In this document: piece after piece, positions 10,827 to 19,368 of the stretch
How positions within the stretch are numbered: the first letter of the stretch is position 1
Layout of the letters: every line of letters starts with the position of its first letter
Assembly: GCA_031366105.1 (NCBI GenBank)
Contig: JANLZE010000116.1
Span: 43,928-107,927 of the forward strand
Source: Thiobacillaceae bacterium
GTDB lineage: Bacteria > Pseudomonadota > Gammaproteobacteria > Burkholderiales > Thiobacillaceae
Direction: 5' to 3'
Length of the DNA stretch: 64,000 bases
Notes under the pieces: generated by a model
Databases searched by the model: none
Told to the model about the DNA's origin: nothing
What the model saw: only the letters and a program-made list of their open reading frames with translations
Made by a program: the position numbers and the translations under genes

Positions 10827-11780
10827 TCACGATTTCAAAGATTGACGCAGAGCGCGGAGCATATGGCGGGGGTTTAATACCCCCAAGCTAAATGCGGGAC
10901 TCCTTATTAAATGCGTCAAAGCTTGGCTATAGGGCTTAAAGCCGTCGTTGGAGGCGGAATACATTAGACTTTCCCCGACGCGCTGCAACTCCTCACGAGT
11001 CAGCCGGACCTCCTGCGACGACAAGTTGAGCTGAGCCGCATTGCTCAGGGTTTTGTTCAAGGTTCTTAAAGCAAAGTAGTTATTTTTTGTCACATTACTA
11101 GGATGTGACAAATTACTTTCATGGATGCGAATTTTTACAAGCGCCTGGTCTACGAAGGCAAATTGCCCGAGGCGTGATAAGCGCAAAATAAACTCCCGGT
11201 CTTCCGATGCTCTAATCGATTCATCGAACAAACCCACTTTCAGGGCGGCCTCCCGCTTAAATATTAAAGAGCTAGGCGGAAAAAAAAGTCCGGGGAGCAA
11301 AACTTCAAAAAATTTTGCTCCGAGCCGATGCACCTTATTGCCCTGCTTGGCCTCCGACACGCGCAAAGCTTTGACGCGAGCAATGGGCGAGCTTTTCGAT
11401 TTTTTTTCACTATCAAAGTAAACGCCATCTGCAAATACCGCAATTAAGTCGGCATAAACGTGAACTGCCCCAGCCAGACGTGTTAAATGCTCGGCTAGCC
11501 AAATATCATCGGCATCCAATAACGCTATCCAGTTTCCGGTTGCGTTTCGAATGCCATGGTTGCGTGCCGCGGAAACCCCTTGATTAGCTTGCTTTAGTAA
11601 AGTTATATTAAGTTTGGTTTTCGCTTGCCAATGCTGGATGCGTTCAAAGGTGTCATCCGTGGAACCATCATCGATAATAATAATTTCGCGCGGTGCTAAA
11701 GTTTGTGCGACCACACTATCCAAAGCGGCTTCGATAAACCGGCTGGAGTTGTAAGCTGGCACAACGACACTAATGTCCAT
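10827..11780 (-). CDS. Family 2 glycosyltransferase (AT-rich)
   Basis: ISVVVPAYN, IDDGSTD, NQGVSAARNHGI, LLDADD and SED motifs. Visibly AT-richer than alaS. Confidence 0.92.
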   Translation of the reverse strand: MDISVVVPAYNSSRFIEAALDSVVAQTLAPREIIIIDDGSTDDTFERIQHWQAKTKLNITLLKQANQGVSAARNHGIRNATGNWIALLDADDIWLAEHLTRLAGAVHVYADLIAVFADGVYFDSEKKSKSSPIARVKALRVSEAKQGNKVHRLGAKFFEVLLPGLFFPPSSLIFKREAALKVGLFDESIRASEDREFILRLSRLGQFAFVDQALVKIRIHESNLSHPSNVTKNNYFALRTLNKTLSNAAQLNLSSQEVRLTREELQRVGESLMYSASNDGFKPYSQALTHLIRSPAFSLGVLNPRHMLRALRQSLKS

Positions 11781-12005
11781 TAGCGTTTGAACTGAGCTAG
11801 CACAGTACTTTTTATTTTCGCTAATAAATTTTTCACGTCGGCGCACATTCCATGTTTAATCAAAAAATTCTGCGAACCACTCTATCGCAGATACTACACT
11901 CGTCGCTATTAGAGGCAACTATAGGCCATTGGACCAATAACTATAGTCAACAAGTAATGTGGGCGCGATTAATAACGAGTAAGGTTGAGTAAGGCTGCCA
12001 GAAGA

Positions 12006-12440
12006 GGATAGGAAATTCAACGGGACGATAAAAAATTCAACCGCACAAATCAAATTAACTTCGCTCCACCTCGCCTAGTCAATCCGATTACATCGTCAAA
12101 ACTTGACTGACACCCCGCTCCCCTCAACCCACATGGCAAGAATTGACCACGTCAATGCCTAAAATCTTCACACGCTAAACTCTGCGCACAAGCCATCCAA
12201 GGTGAGCAAAAAATTGCTCGTCACCAAGCGTTGCGCTGATCGAATTCGAACTTAGGTACGGGCTGCGCCGATTCGCCGGCGTGATCCAGAGTTTTCCGCA
12301 CGGTACCGACATCGGTAATAAAAGCGATGATCCGCATCTGCGCCCGGCAAATCGAGCAGACCAGCGGTACCGTTTTATAGATGCGCGCCTGCAACATCGC
12401 CCACAGATAGTGTTAAGCGGCGCGGAGCGGTGGGGCGTCC
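12006..12440 (-). mobile_element. IS91-family/ISCR-like element remnant: transposase C-terminal fragment plus oriIS-like end
   Basis: Minus strand 12412-12221 translates HYLWAMLQARIYKTVPLVCSICRAQMRIIAFITDVGTVRKTLDHAGESAQPVPKFEFDQRNAW*, matching the ISCR transposase C-terminal pattern (LWA.L.ARIYE..PL.C..C...MRIIAFIT, FEFDQR..W). In-frame TAA just upstream. Terminus CCGTTGAATTTCCTATCC at 12023-12006 resembles oriIS (..TTGAA.TTCCTAT). Confidence 0.8.
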
Positions 12441-12515
12441 GCTTCTGTTAGAGCAACGGTCGCAACTCAACTACGAGGATTCTAATCCTACGTTGGCTTG
12501 TGATGGTGTTGAACT

Positions 12516-12559
12516 CTGAAAAACCCTCAATTTCCAGGTACACTCTAATATTCTTTAGA
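12516..12559 (+). promoter_or_regulatory. Putative sigma70 promoter with overlapping operator-like inverted repeat
   Basis: CTGAAA(12516)-17 nt-TACACT(12539). Inverted repeat TCTAA-N6-TTAGA at 12544-12559. GAAGGA RBS before the TTG start. Confidence 0.45.
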
Positions 12560-12572
12560 TTGAAGGATTATT

Positions 12573-13265
12573 TTGGCTAACACGAATCGCCAAACCAAAA
12601 ACCAGCTTTACGGCCAAGTAGCCCGAATCGGAAAAGCCATCGCCAGCCCCAAGCGCTTGGAGCTGATCGAAATTTTATGCCAGGGCGAAAAAACCGTAGA
12701 GCAACTGGCCAACGACGCCGAAATTTCAGTCAAGCTCGCCAGCGCGCATCTAAAGGAATTGCGTATCGCGCAAATGCTGGAAACGCGGCGCGACGGTAAG
12801 TATGTGTTTTATGGGTTGGCTTCCCACGCAGTAGGTGATTTTTGGGTGGCGCTGCGCGCGCTGGCGGAAGACCGGCTGGTCGAGTTGCAATTGGCGCTGT
12901 CGCAACTGGCAGCGCACGCGGACGAGCTTTCGCCGGTGCCGCACGACGAATTGCTGGCGCAAGCGTCGCGCGGCGAGGTGGTGGTGATCGATGTGCGTCC
13001 GCACACCGAGTATGCGAATGCGCATTTGCCGTACGCGATTTCACTGCCGCTTGCAGAACTGCGTCAGCGCATTATCGAATTGCCTATCAACCTGCCCATC
13101 GTCGCTTACTGTCGCGGACCGTTTTGCCTGTGGGGCAAGGAGGCAGTGAGTCTATTGCGCGAGCACGGTTTTAACGCAAGTCGGCTGCAAAGCGGCGTCA
13201 GCGAGTGGCGAGCGCAGGGGCGGCAGATAGAAAAACTGGATCAGGGAGAAAAAAATGTTCTTTAA
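12573..13265 (+). CDS. ArsR/SmtB-family regulator fused to a C-terminal rhodanese domain
   Basis: N-terminal wHTH (ASPKRLELIE.L, S.HLKELR...LETRRDG..V.Y). C-terminal rhodanese (VIDVRP..EY...H.P.A, AYCRGPFC). Confidence 0.9.
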   Translation: MANTNRQTKNQLYGQVARIGKAIASPKRLELIEILCQGEKTVEQLANDAEISVKLASAHLKELRIAQMLETRRDGKYVFYGLASHAVGDFWVALRALAEDRLVELQLALSQLAAHADELSPVPHDELLAQASRGEVVVIDVRPHTEYANAHLPYAISLPLAELRQRIIELPINLPIVAYCRGPFCLWGKEAVSLLREHGFNASRLQSGVSEWRAQGRQIEKLDQGEKNVL

Positions 13266-13995
13266 ACAAATCGCGAGTAAGGATGCGTCGCTGTCTTATC
13301 TGTTTGGTTGTGGTTCGTGCCATGTCGCTATCGTGGTGGACCCGGTGCTGGGCGACGAGGATAGTTTTATCGCGGAAGCGGCCAACCAGGATGTAAAAAT
13401 TACTCACGTGATCGATACCCATTTGCACGCCGACCATTATTCCGGCGGACGTGCGCTGGCAGCGCGCGCGGGCGCGGTTTACGCAATGCACGAAAGCAAT
13501 ACCGACCGATTCGACGCGCCATTCACCCCTTTGCACAACGGCCAGCAGATTGTGCTGGGCAATGTGGTGGTGGAGGTGTTGCATACGCCGGGCCATACGC
13601 TTGACTCAATCTGCCTACTGGTCACCGACAAGCGACGGGCGGAGGTGCCGTGGTTTGTAATTACCGGCGACACGCTGTTCGTCGGCGCGGTGGGGCGGCC
13701 CGATCTGGCGGGCAAAGAGATTGAAATGGCGGGGCAGTTGTACGACAGCCTGCATGGCAAGTTGCTCAGCCTGCCGGGCGAAGTTGAGATTTATCCGGGC
13801 CATCAGGCGGGCAGCGCATGTGGTGCGGGTATCTCGGGCAAGCCCGGCTCGACCATAGGCTTCGAAAAGCGCTGGAACCCAATGCTTGCAATGGATAGAG
13901 CAGGCTTTGTGCACGCCTTGACCGCAACGCTGATGCCCCCTCCAGCGGAGATGGCGCGCATTGTGGCTGCAAACCTGGGGCGTCCAGTTGGGTGA
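13255..13995 (+). CDS. MBL-fold metallohydrolase, persulfide-dioxygenase-like (Blh/CstB-type N-domain)
   Basis: DTHLHADH, HTPGHT, TGDTLFVG.VGRPDL and YPGH..GS.CG motifs. Confidence 0.85.
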   Translation: MFFKQIASKDASLSYLFGCGSCHVAIVVDPVLGDEDSFIAEAANQDVKITHVIDTHLHADHYSGGRALAARAGAVYAMHESNTDRFDAPFTPLHNGQQIVLGNVVVEVLHTPGHTLDSICLLVTDKRRAEVPWFVITGDTLFVGAVGRPDLAGKEIEMAGQLYDSLHGKLLSLPGEVEIYPGHQAGSACGAGISGKPGSTIGFEKRWNPMLAMDRAGFVHALTATLMPPPAEMARIVAANLGRPVG

Positions 13996-15271
13996 TCTAC
14001 AGCACGGCATTCGCGTCAATATCCGGCAATTTTCGCATCTGGTCGCGCAGGTATTTTTTGTGGGTTTGACGCTGGGGATGATGCGCACTGTGTTGCCGGC
14101 GCTAGCCGAATCCGAATTCGGCGTGCCGCGCGGCTCGTTCATGCTGCTCACCAGCTTTGTCGTGGCGTTTGGCGTGGTCAAGGGCACGCTAAATTTCGTC
14201 GCGGGCCGGCTCTCCGAACGCTTAGGCCGACGGCGGGTGCTGCTGCTGGGGTGGGTCTCCGCGCTGCCGATTCCATTCATGGTGTATTACGCGCCGTCGT
14301 GGGGGTGGATCGTCGCGGCTACGGTATTGCTCGGCGTGAATCAGGGCTTTACCTGGTCGATGACGCAAACCGCCAAGCTTGACCTTGCGCGCGGCGACCA
14401 GCGTGGCTTTGCTATCGGCATCAACGAATTTGCCGGTTACGTCGGCGTGGCCGTGGCGGGCATTGTCACCGCTTATCTTGCACAGCATCTGGGTGCGCGT
14501 CTGGGCTTACTGGTGTTTGGTTTGACGGCGATTGGCGCGGCGGGTGCAGCGACGTTGCTGTGGGTCAGGGAAACGCTGGCGTGGGCGCGCCTTGAAGCCG
14601 CACGCCACGGTAGTCTCACTGGGCCGGGCGCGCGCTACCCTCAAGGCGTATCCGCCCAGCCGTCCACTTGGGAAATGTTCACGCTGATGTCGTGGCGTGA
14701 TCGACGCATGGCCGCATTCAGCCAGGCCGGATTAGTCGAAAAATTCGTCGATGCGCTGATGTGGGTGATCTACCCTATATGGCTGTATCAACGCCATTTT
14801 TCCTTGCCCGAAATTGGATGGATCATCGGCAGCTACGGCATCGTTTGGGGCGTCTCGCAGTTCTTTACCGGGCGCTTGTCAGACCGCATCGGGCGTCTCA
14901 AACCCATCGTCTGGGGCATGCTGTTATGCGGTGTGGGCGTGGGGTTGATGCCGCTATTTGATACCGCTATTTGGCAGGCGGGATCTGCCATGTTGACGGG
15001 GTTTGGCATGGCCTTGCTTTACCCCAATTTGTCCGCAGCGGTGGCCGATATCGCGCACCCCGACTGGCGTGGCTCGGCCATTGGCATCTACCGCTTCTGG
15101 CGTGATCTCGGCTATGGCGTAGGCGCGTTAGTGCTGGGCATCTCTGCGGCGATGAGCGGCACGCTAGAATGGACTTTTTGGCTGGTGGCCGCCGCGATGA
15201 TTATTTCCGGACTCACCGTCGCGTGGCTTGCAGAGGAAACTTTGCCACGTTTGAACCCTGCACGAGGATAG
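13988..15271 (+). CDS. MFS transporter (probable TTG start at 13988)
   Basis: About 12 TM segments with two MFS motif-A copies (GRLSERLGRR, GRLSDRIGR). Overlaps the upstream stop. Confidence 0.9.
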   Translation: MGDLQHGIRVNIRQFSHLVAQVFFVGLTLGMMRTVLPALAESEFGVPRGSFMLLTSFVVAFGVVKGTLNFVAGRLSERLGRRRVLLLGWVSALPIPFMVYYAPSWGWIVAATVLLGVNQGFTWSMTQTAKLDLARGDQRGFAIGINEFAGYVGVAVAGIVTAYLAQHLGARLGLLVFGLTAIGAAGAATLLWVRETLAWARLEAARHGSLTGPGARYPQGVSAQPSTWEMFTLMSWRDRRMAAFSQAGLVEKFVDALMWVIYPIWLYQRHFSLPEIGWIIGSYGIVWGVSQFFTGRLSDRIGRLKPIVWGMLLCGVGVGLMPLFDTAIWQAGSAMLTGFGMALLYPNLSAAVADIAHPDWRGSAIGIYRFWRDLGYGVGALVLGISAAMSGTLEWTFWLVAAAMIISGLTVAWLAEETLPRLNPARG

Positions 15272-15278
15272 ACGTTAG

Positions 15279-15818
15279 ATGCAGCACGACACGGTTATCG
15301 CCGCAACCCGCCTATGGCTCGAAAAAGCCGTCATCGGTTTGAATCTATGCCCGTTCGCCAAAGCGGTCTATCTGAAAGACCAGGTGCGTTTCGTTGTGAG
15401 CGCCGCGCCGCATCTGGACGGCCTGCTGGAAGACCTGGACCGTGAGCTTGATTTCTTGGCCGCGGCAAGCCCGGAAGAAGTCGAAACCACATTGTTGATC
15501 CACCCCACCTTGTTACCAGACTTTAGCGACTTCAATGATTTTATGCAGTTGGCCGAAGCCGCAGTTGATGAGCATGATCTGGCGGGGGTGATCCAAATTG
15601 CGAGTTTTCATCCCAAGTTTCAATTCGCCGATACTGAATCTGAGGACATCAGCAATTACACTAACCGTGCGCCGTATCCTGTCTTGCATCTGCTTCGAGA
15701 GGTGAGCATTAGCAAGGCGGTAGCAACATTTCCCGACACGGAAATCATTTACCAGCACAATATTATTACGTTACAAGGTTTAGGGATTGCAGGTTGGAAT
15801 GCGTTGTGGCGCACTTAG
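15279..15818 (+). CDS. DUF1415-family protein
   Basis: WLEKAVIGLNLCPFAK, ETTLLIHP, QIASFHP.FQF and NYTNRAPYP.LHLLRE motifs. Confidence 0.85.
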   Translation: MQHDTVIAATRLWLEKAVIGLNLCPFAKAVYLKDQVRFVVSAAPHLDGLLEDLDRELDFLAAASPEEVETTLLIHPTLLPDFSDFNDFMQLAEAAVDEHDLAGVIQIASFHPKFQFADTESEDISNYTNRAPYPVLHLLREVSISKAVATFPDTEIIYQHNIITLQGLGIAGWNALWRT

Positions 15819-15888
15819 TGGTATTAAGTGTACGAAGTTCTAATCCTGAGGCTGTCGAAACCTGGCCTTTTTTTACTTGGAGATCGCA

Positions 15889-16638
15889 TTGATTTTTAAA
15901 CAACTGTTCGAACCTATTTCCAGCACTTACACGTATCTAATTGGTTGCGAGGAAACCGGGCAAGCGCTATTGATTGACCCGGTGTTGCCCAACTGGGAAC
16001 GCGACTTGGCCGAAGTGAATGCGCTCGGTATGAAGCTCGCATTCACTGTGGAAACGCATATTCATGCGGATCACCTTACGTCAGCCAAAAAGCTTCAGGA
16101 AATCACCGGTAGCCAAATCGCTGGACCAGCATTGGATCAGTTGCCCTGTACTAACGTGGGCGTGGTGGAAGGCACACCTTTCAAAATGGGTTCAGTCGAG
16201 TTAACGCCTCTGCATACGCCGGGCCATACTGACAATCATTTCGCCTATTTTCACCAAGGCCGTATCTACAGCGGCGATGCGTTATTGATTGACGCGTGTG
16301 GTCGAACCGACTTTCAGAATGGCGATGCCGCTGCGCTTTATCACTCGGTCCGCGGCAAGCTGTTCGCGTATGCGGATGACACACTGGTGTATCCCGCCCA
16401 TGACTACGAAAAACGCCGCATTACCACCATAGGCCAAGAAAAATCCCGTAATCCGCGCTTAGGGGGAGATCGCACTTTGGAGGAGTTTGTAAAACTAATG
16501 AACGAACTGAAACTCGCGTATCCCAAATTTATCGACTACGCGGTGCCTGGCAACCGCGCATGTGGGGTTTGTCCTCCGGATGTGCCGGGGCACTTGCAGG
16601 AATATTGTGCGCAGATTGCGGAAAGCCGCCAGGGCTAA
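15889..16638 (+). CDS. ETHE1-type persulfide dioxygenase
   Basis: MIFKQLFEP.SSTYTYL, ETHIHADH, GDALLI..CGRTDFQ, YPAHDY and C-terminal AVPGN..CG. GGAGA RBS before the TTG at 15889. Confidence 0.88.
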   Translation: MIFKQLFEPISSTYTYLIGCEETGQALLIDPVLPNWERDLAEVNALGMKLAFTVETHIHADHLTSAKKLQEITGSQIAGPALDQLPCTNVGVVEGTPFKMGSVELTPLHTPGHTDNHFAYFHQGRIYSGDALLIDACGRTDFQNGDAAALYHSVRGKLFAYADDTLVYPAHDYEKRRITTIGQEKSRNPRLGGDRTLEEFVKLMNELKLAYPKFIDYAVPGNRACGVCPPDVPGHLQEYCAQIAESRQG

Positions 16639-16768
16639 GCGGATTTTTCAAAACTTCCGGATTTCTCTTTCCTTTGTAGGCCTATCCCGTAACCGCTTGA
16701 ATTTTGAACTCAAAGCTTCGATTAGCTGCCAAAATGGACTGTCAATTAGTCCTTAGAAAGAATCCACT

Positions 16769-17347
16769 ATGACTACCCTTATTGCAGGTCGATTCAGTCA
16801 ACAAACTCAAGCCGAAACCGCCTCGGCCGAATTATTGCGCTCTGGGTTTTCTCCGAGAGACATGACCTTGTTCTATGTGAACCCACAAGGCCAACATGAT
16901 CTATATCCGGTCGGTGGCGATGTGGACGAGTCTGAGGGTACCCACGGGGCCAGTAGTGGCGCAATGCAAGGCGCAGCTGGCGGAGTGGGCATGGGCGCAC
17001 TCGTAGGTGCAGCAACGATACCTGTGTTTGGGCCGGTAGGGCCGTTGTTAGGTGCCGCCGTGGGTGCTTACACCGGGTCGTTGGTGGGGGCTTTGAATAA
17101 AATGAAAAAATCTGAGGACCACTCTGACGGCTCAAATCGGGAAGAGGATATGAATCCTCCCAACGAGCCTATCGCCCGCAAAGCGGGAGTGTTATTGGCG
17201 GTAGCCGTCGCAAGCCCTGAGCAACGCGAAAATGCGATTCAAATTTTGCGAGTGTCCGCGCTAGAAATAGAGGAAGCAGAGGGCACGATGAACAATGGCG
17301 AATGGACTGATTTCAATCCATCAAAGCCGATAAAAATTGCGGAGTAG
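16769..17347 (+). CDS. Glycine-zipper membrane protein, function unknown
   Basis: GAxxGAxxG repeats (GAAGGVGMGALVGAA, GAAVGAYTGSLVG) flanked by soluble domains. Confidence 0.7.
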   Translation: MTTLIAGRFSQQTQAETASAELLRSGFSPRDMTLFYVNPQGQHDLYPVGGDVDESEGTHGASSGAMQGAAGGVGMGALVGAATIPVFGPVGPLLGAAVGAYTGSLVGALNKMKKSEDHSDGSNREEDMNPPNEPIARKAGVLLAVAVASPEQRENAIQILRVSALEIEEAEGTMNNGEWTDFNPSKPIKIAE

Positions 17348-17440
17348 GGTTAAAGGTACTTAAGGCTAGCTTGACTATATGGTCAAGCCCCCTAACTCAT
17401 TTATGTCCGCAATTATTTTTGCGTAATGTGAGCAAGTTAA

Positions 17441-19183
17441 TCAAGCAACCTTACCCGGATAATCTGCGATCCCGGGGTTTTTGTTTCCCACGCCAACGAT
17501 AGTCGGCGTGTTCAATTTGACATTTTTGATGACTTTTTTGTCACGTAAATAAGCCGCAACCACATCCCAGACTGGTTCCCCTTGCACCCCCTCAGCAACC
17601 GGTGCCCAGCCAGCAACCTTGTAAGTTTTTTTCGCTTCAATCTGCTTCCCTTTAAGCGTCATATTGGAAATACGTTTGCCAATTTTTTGGGTCGCGTTCA
17701 TGGTGTACTGTATGCCGCCTACACGCACCATGTCGCCCCCCTGCTGGTAATACGGGTCTTCATTAAAGAGATTGTCAGCGACATCTTCCATAATGGTTTT
17801 GATGGTTTCACCGGTCATATTGGTGAGGGTGGTTTGGGGGTAAGTAATCGCAGTCTGGTCCATCAGACGCTCCATCGTAATCGCATCGCCGGGTAATAGC
17901 GTGGTGCCCCAGCGGAAGCCTGGCGAAAACGCGGCATCTGCGCCTTTAACAGCCATCAGTGCATCGACAATGAGTTGATCCCATGTGCCATTGAAGTTGC
18001 CGCGGCGATAGAGGAAATCATCGGTCACAGCAAGTTTCTCGCTAAGTTTTTTCTCGAAAGGCGCACGCACACTATTGATGTGCTGGGTCATCTTGGCGTC
18101 AGCGGGCAGCAGGTTGGAAAATACCGGCAACAGACGGTATTTATAACTTTGGACCTTGCCTCCCCGAACGTCAAAATCCATCACGCCAAGAAACTTACTA
18201 TTCGACCCGGCATTAGTGACTAGCGTGATGCCTTTAGCATTCTTGACTTCTACCGGCTGCGGTACGCCATCATGGGTATGGCCGCCAAAGATGGCATCGA
18301 TGCCGGTAACGCGGCTGGCCATTTTCAGATCAACGTCCATACCGTTGTGCGAAAGCAGAATAACGACCTTCGCGCCTTTTGCGCGCGCCTCGTCCACCCA
18401 CTTTTGCATGCTATCTTCGCGAATACCAAAGTTCCAGTCCGGCACCATATGCCGCGGATTGGCAATGGGTGTATAGGGGAAAGCCTGACCCAGAATCGCA
18501 ACGGGTACCCCGTTCATTTCTTTCATCACATAAGGCTTAAATACCTGATCGCCGAAATCGCTGGTGACAATGTTTTGTGCAACAAAATCAACCCCGGCCT
18601 TCTGTAAATCACCGTTGATAATTTCTGTCATGCGCTTGGCGCCAAACTGGGCTTCCCAGTGCGAGGTCATCACGTTAACGCCGAGCAGGATATCGGCATC
18701 GACCATATCCTGAGCGTTGGTCCACAAGGATGTAGCCGATCCTTGCCATGTGTCACCCCCATCAAGCAACAAGGCCCCAGGACGTTGGGCGCGTATCTTG
18801 TCTACCAATGTCTTCAAATGAGCAAAACCACCGACTTTGCCATACACCTTAGCTGCTTCTGTGAAATCTAGGTAAGTGAATGCGTGCGCCTCCGGGCTCC
18901 CCGGTTGAATCCCGTATTGCTTAAGTAAATAAGGGCCGACTAAATGCGGGGCTTTTCCTAAAGATCGTCCCAAGCCGATATTGACATTGGGTTCGCGAAA
19001 CCAGATGGGCAATAACTGCGCATGACAATCGGTAAAGTGCATGAAAGAGACGTTGCCATGACGCGGCACGTCATAAAAATTGGCGGGGGCCTTACCCATG
19101 AGTGCGGCTTTGCTGTCCAAGGTCATCCCTGACGCGCTGGCAATGGCGAGCATCTGAAGAAATTCACGACGATTCATGTGCAT
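17441..19183 (-). CDS. soxB: Thiosulfohydrolase SoxB
   Basis: Tat signal NRREFLQML, HFTDCHAQL, LLDGGDTWQG, GGHTHD and PGFRWG motifs. Confidence 0.97.
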   Translation of the reverse strand: MHMNRREFLQMLAIASASGMTLDSKAALMGKAPANFYDVPRHGNVSFMHFTDCHAQLLPIWFREPNVNIGLGRSLGKAPHLVGPYLLKQYGIQPGSPEAHAFTYLDFTEAAKVYGKVGGFAHLKTLVDKIRAQRPGALLLDGGDTWQGSATSLWTNAQDMVDADILLGVNVMTSHWEAQFGAKRMTEIINGDLQKAGVDFVAQNIVTSDFGDQVFKPYVMKEMNGVPVAILGQAFPYTPIANPRHMVPDWNFGIREDSMQKWVDEARAKGAKVVILLSHNGMDVDLKMASRVTGIDAIFGGHTHDGVPQPVEVKNAKGITLVTNAGSNSKFLGVMDFDVRGGKVQSYKYRLLPVFSNLLPADAKMTQHINSVRAPFEKKLSEKLAVTDDFLYRRGNFNGTWDQLIVDALMAVKGADAAFSPGFRWGTTLLPGDAITMERLMDQTAITYPQTTLTNMTGETIKTIMEDVADNLFNEDPYYQQGGDMVRVGGIQYTMNATQKIGKRISNMTLKGKQIEAKKTYKVAGWAPVAEGVQGEPVWDVVAAYLRDKKVIKNVKLNTPTIVGVGNKNPGIADYPGKVA

Positions 19184-19305
19184 AAGGTTTTCCTTAAATA
19201 AAGGTAAGCATGTAGCTAAGTAGAAATCTTGGTAAGTTTAAGGATTAAGTCGCAGTAATCTTTAACGGATAGATTTAGATATCAATCAAATTTTGCTTTT
19301 TATAA

Positions 19306-19336
19306 ATAACAAGCCCGGGAGACCCGGGCTGTTATT
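19306..19336 (-). terminator. Intrinsic terminator-like hairpin after soxA
   Basis: AGCCCGGG-AGA-CCCGGGCT stem flanked by AATAAC/GTTATT. Confidence 0.65.
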
Positions 19337-19368
19337 AGGTTCAACATCCGGTTTCCCGTGATTAACGG

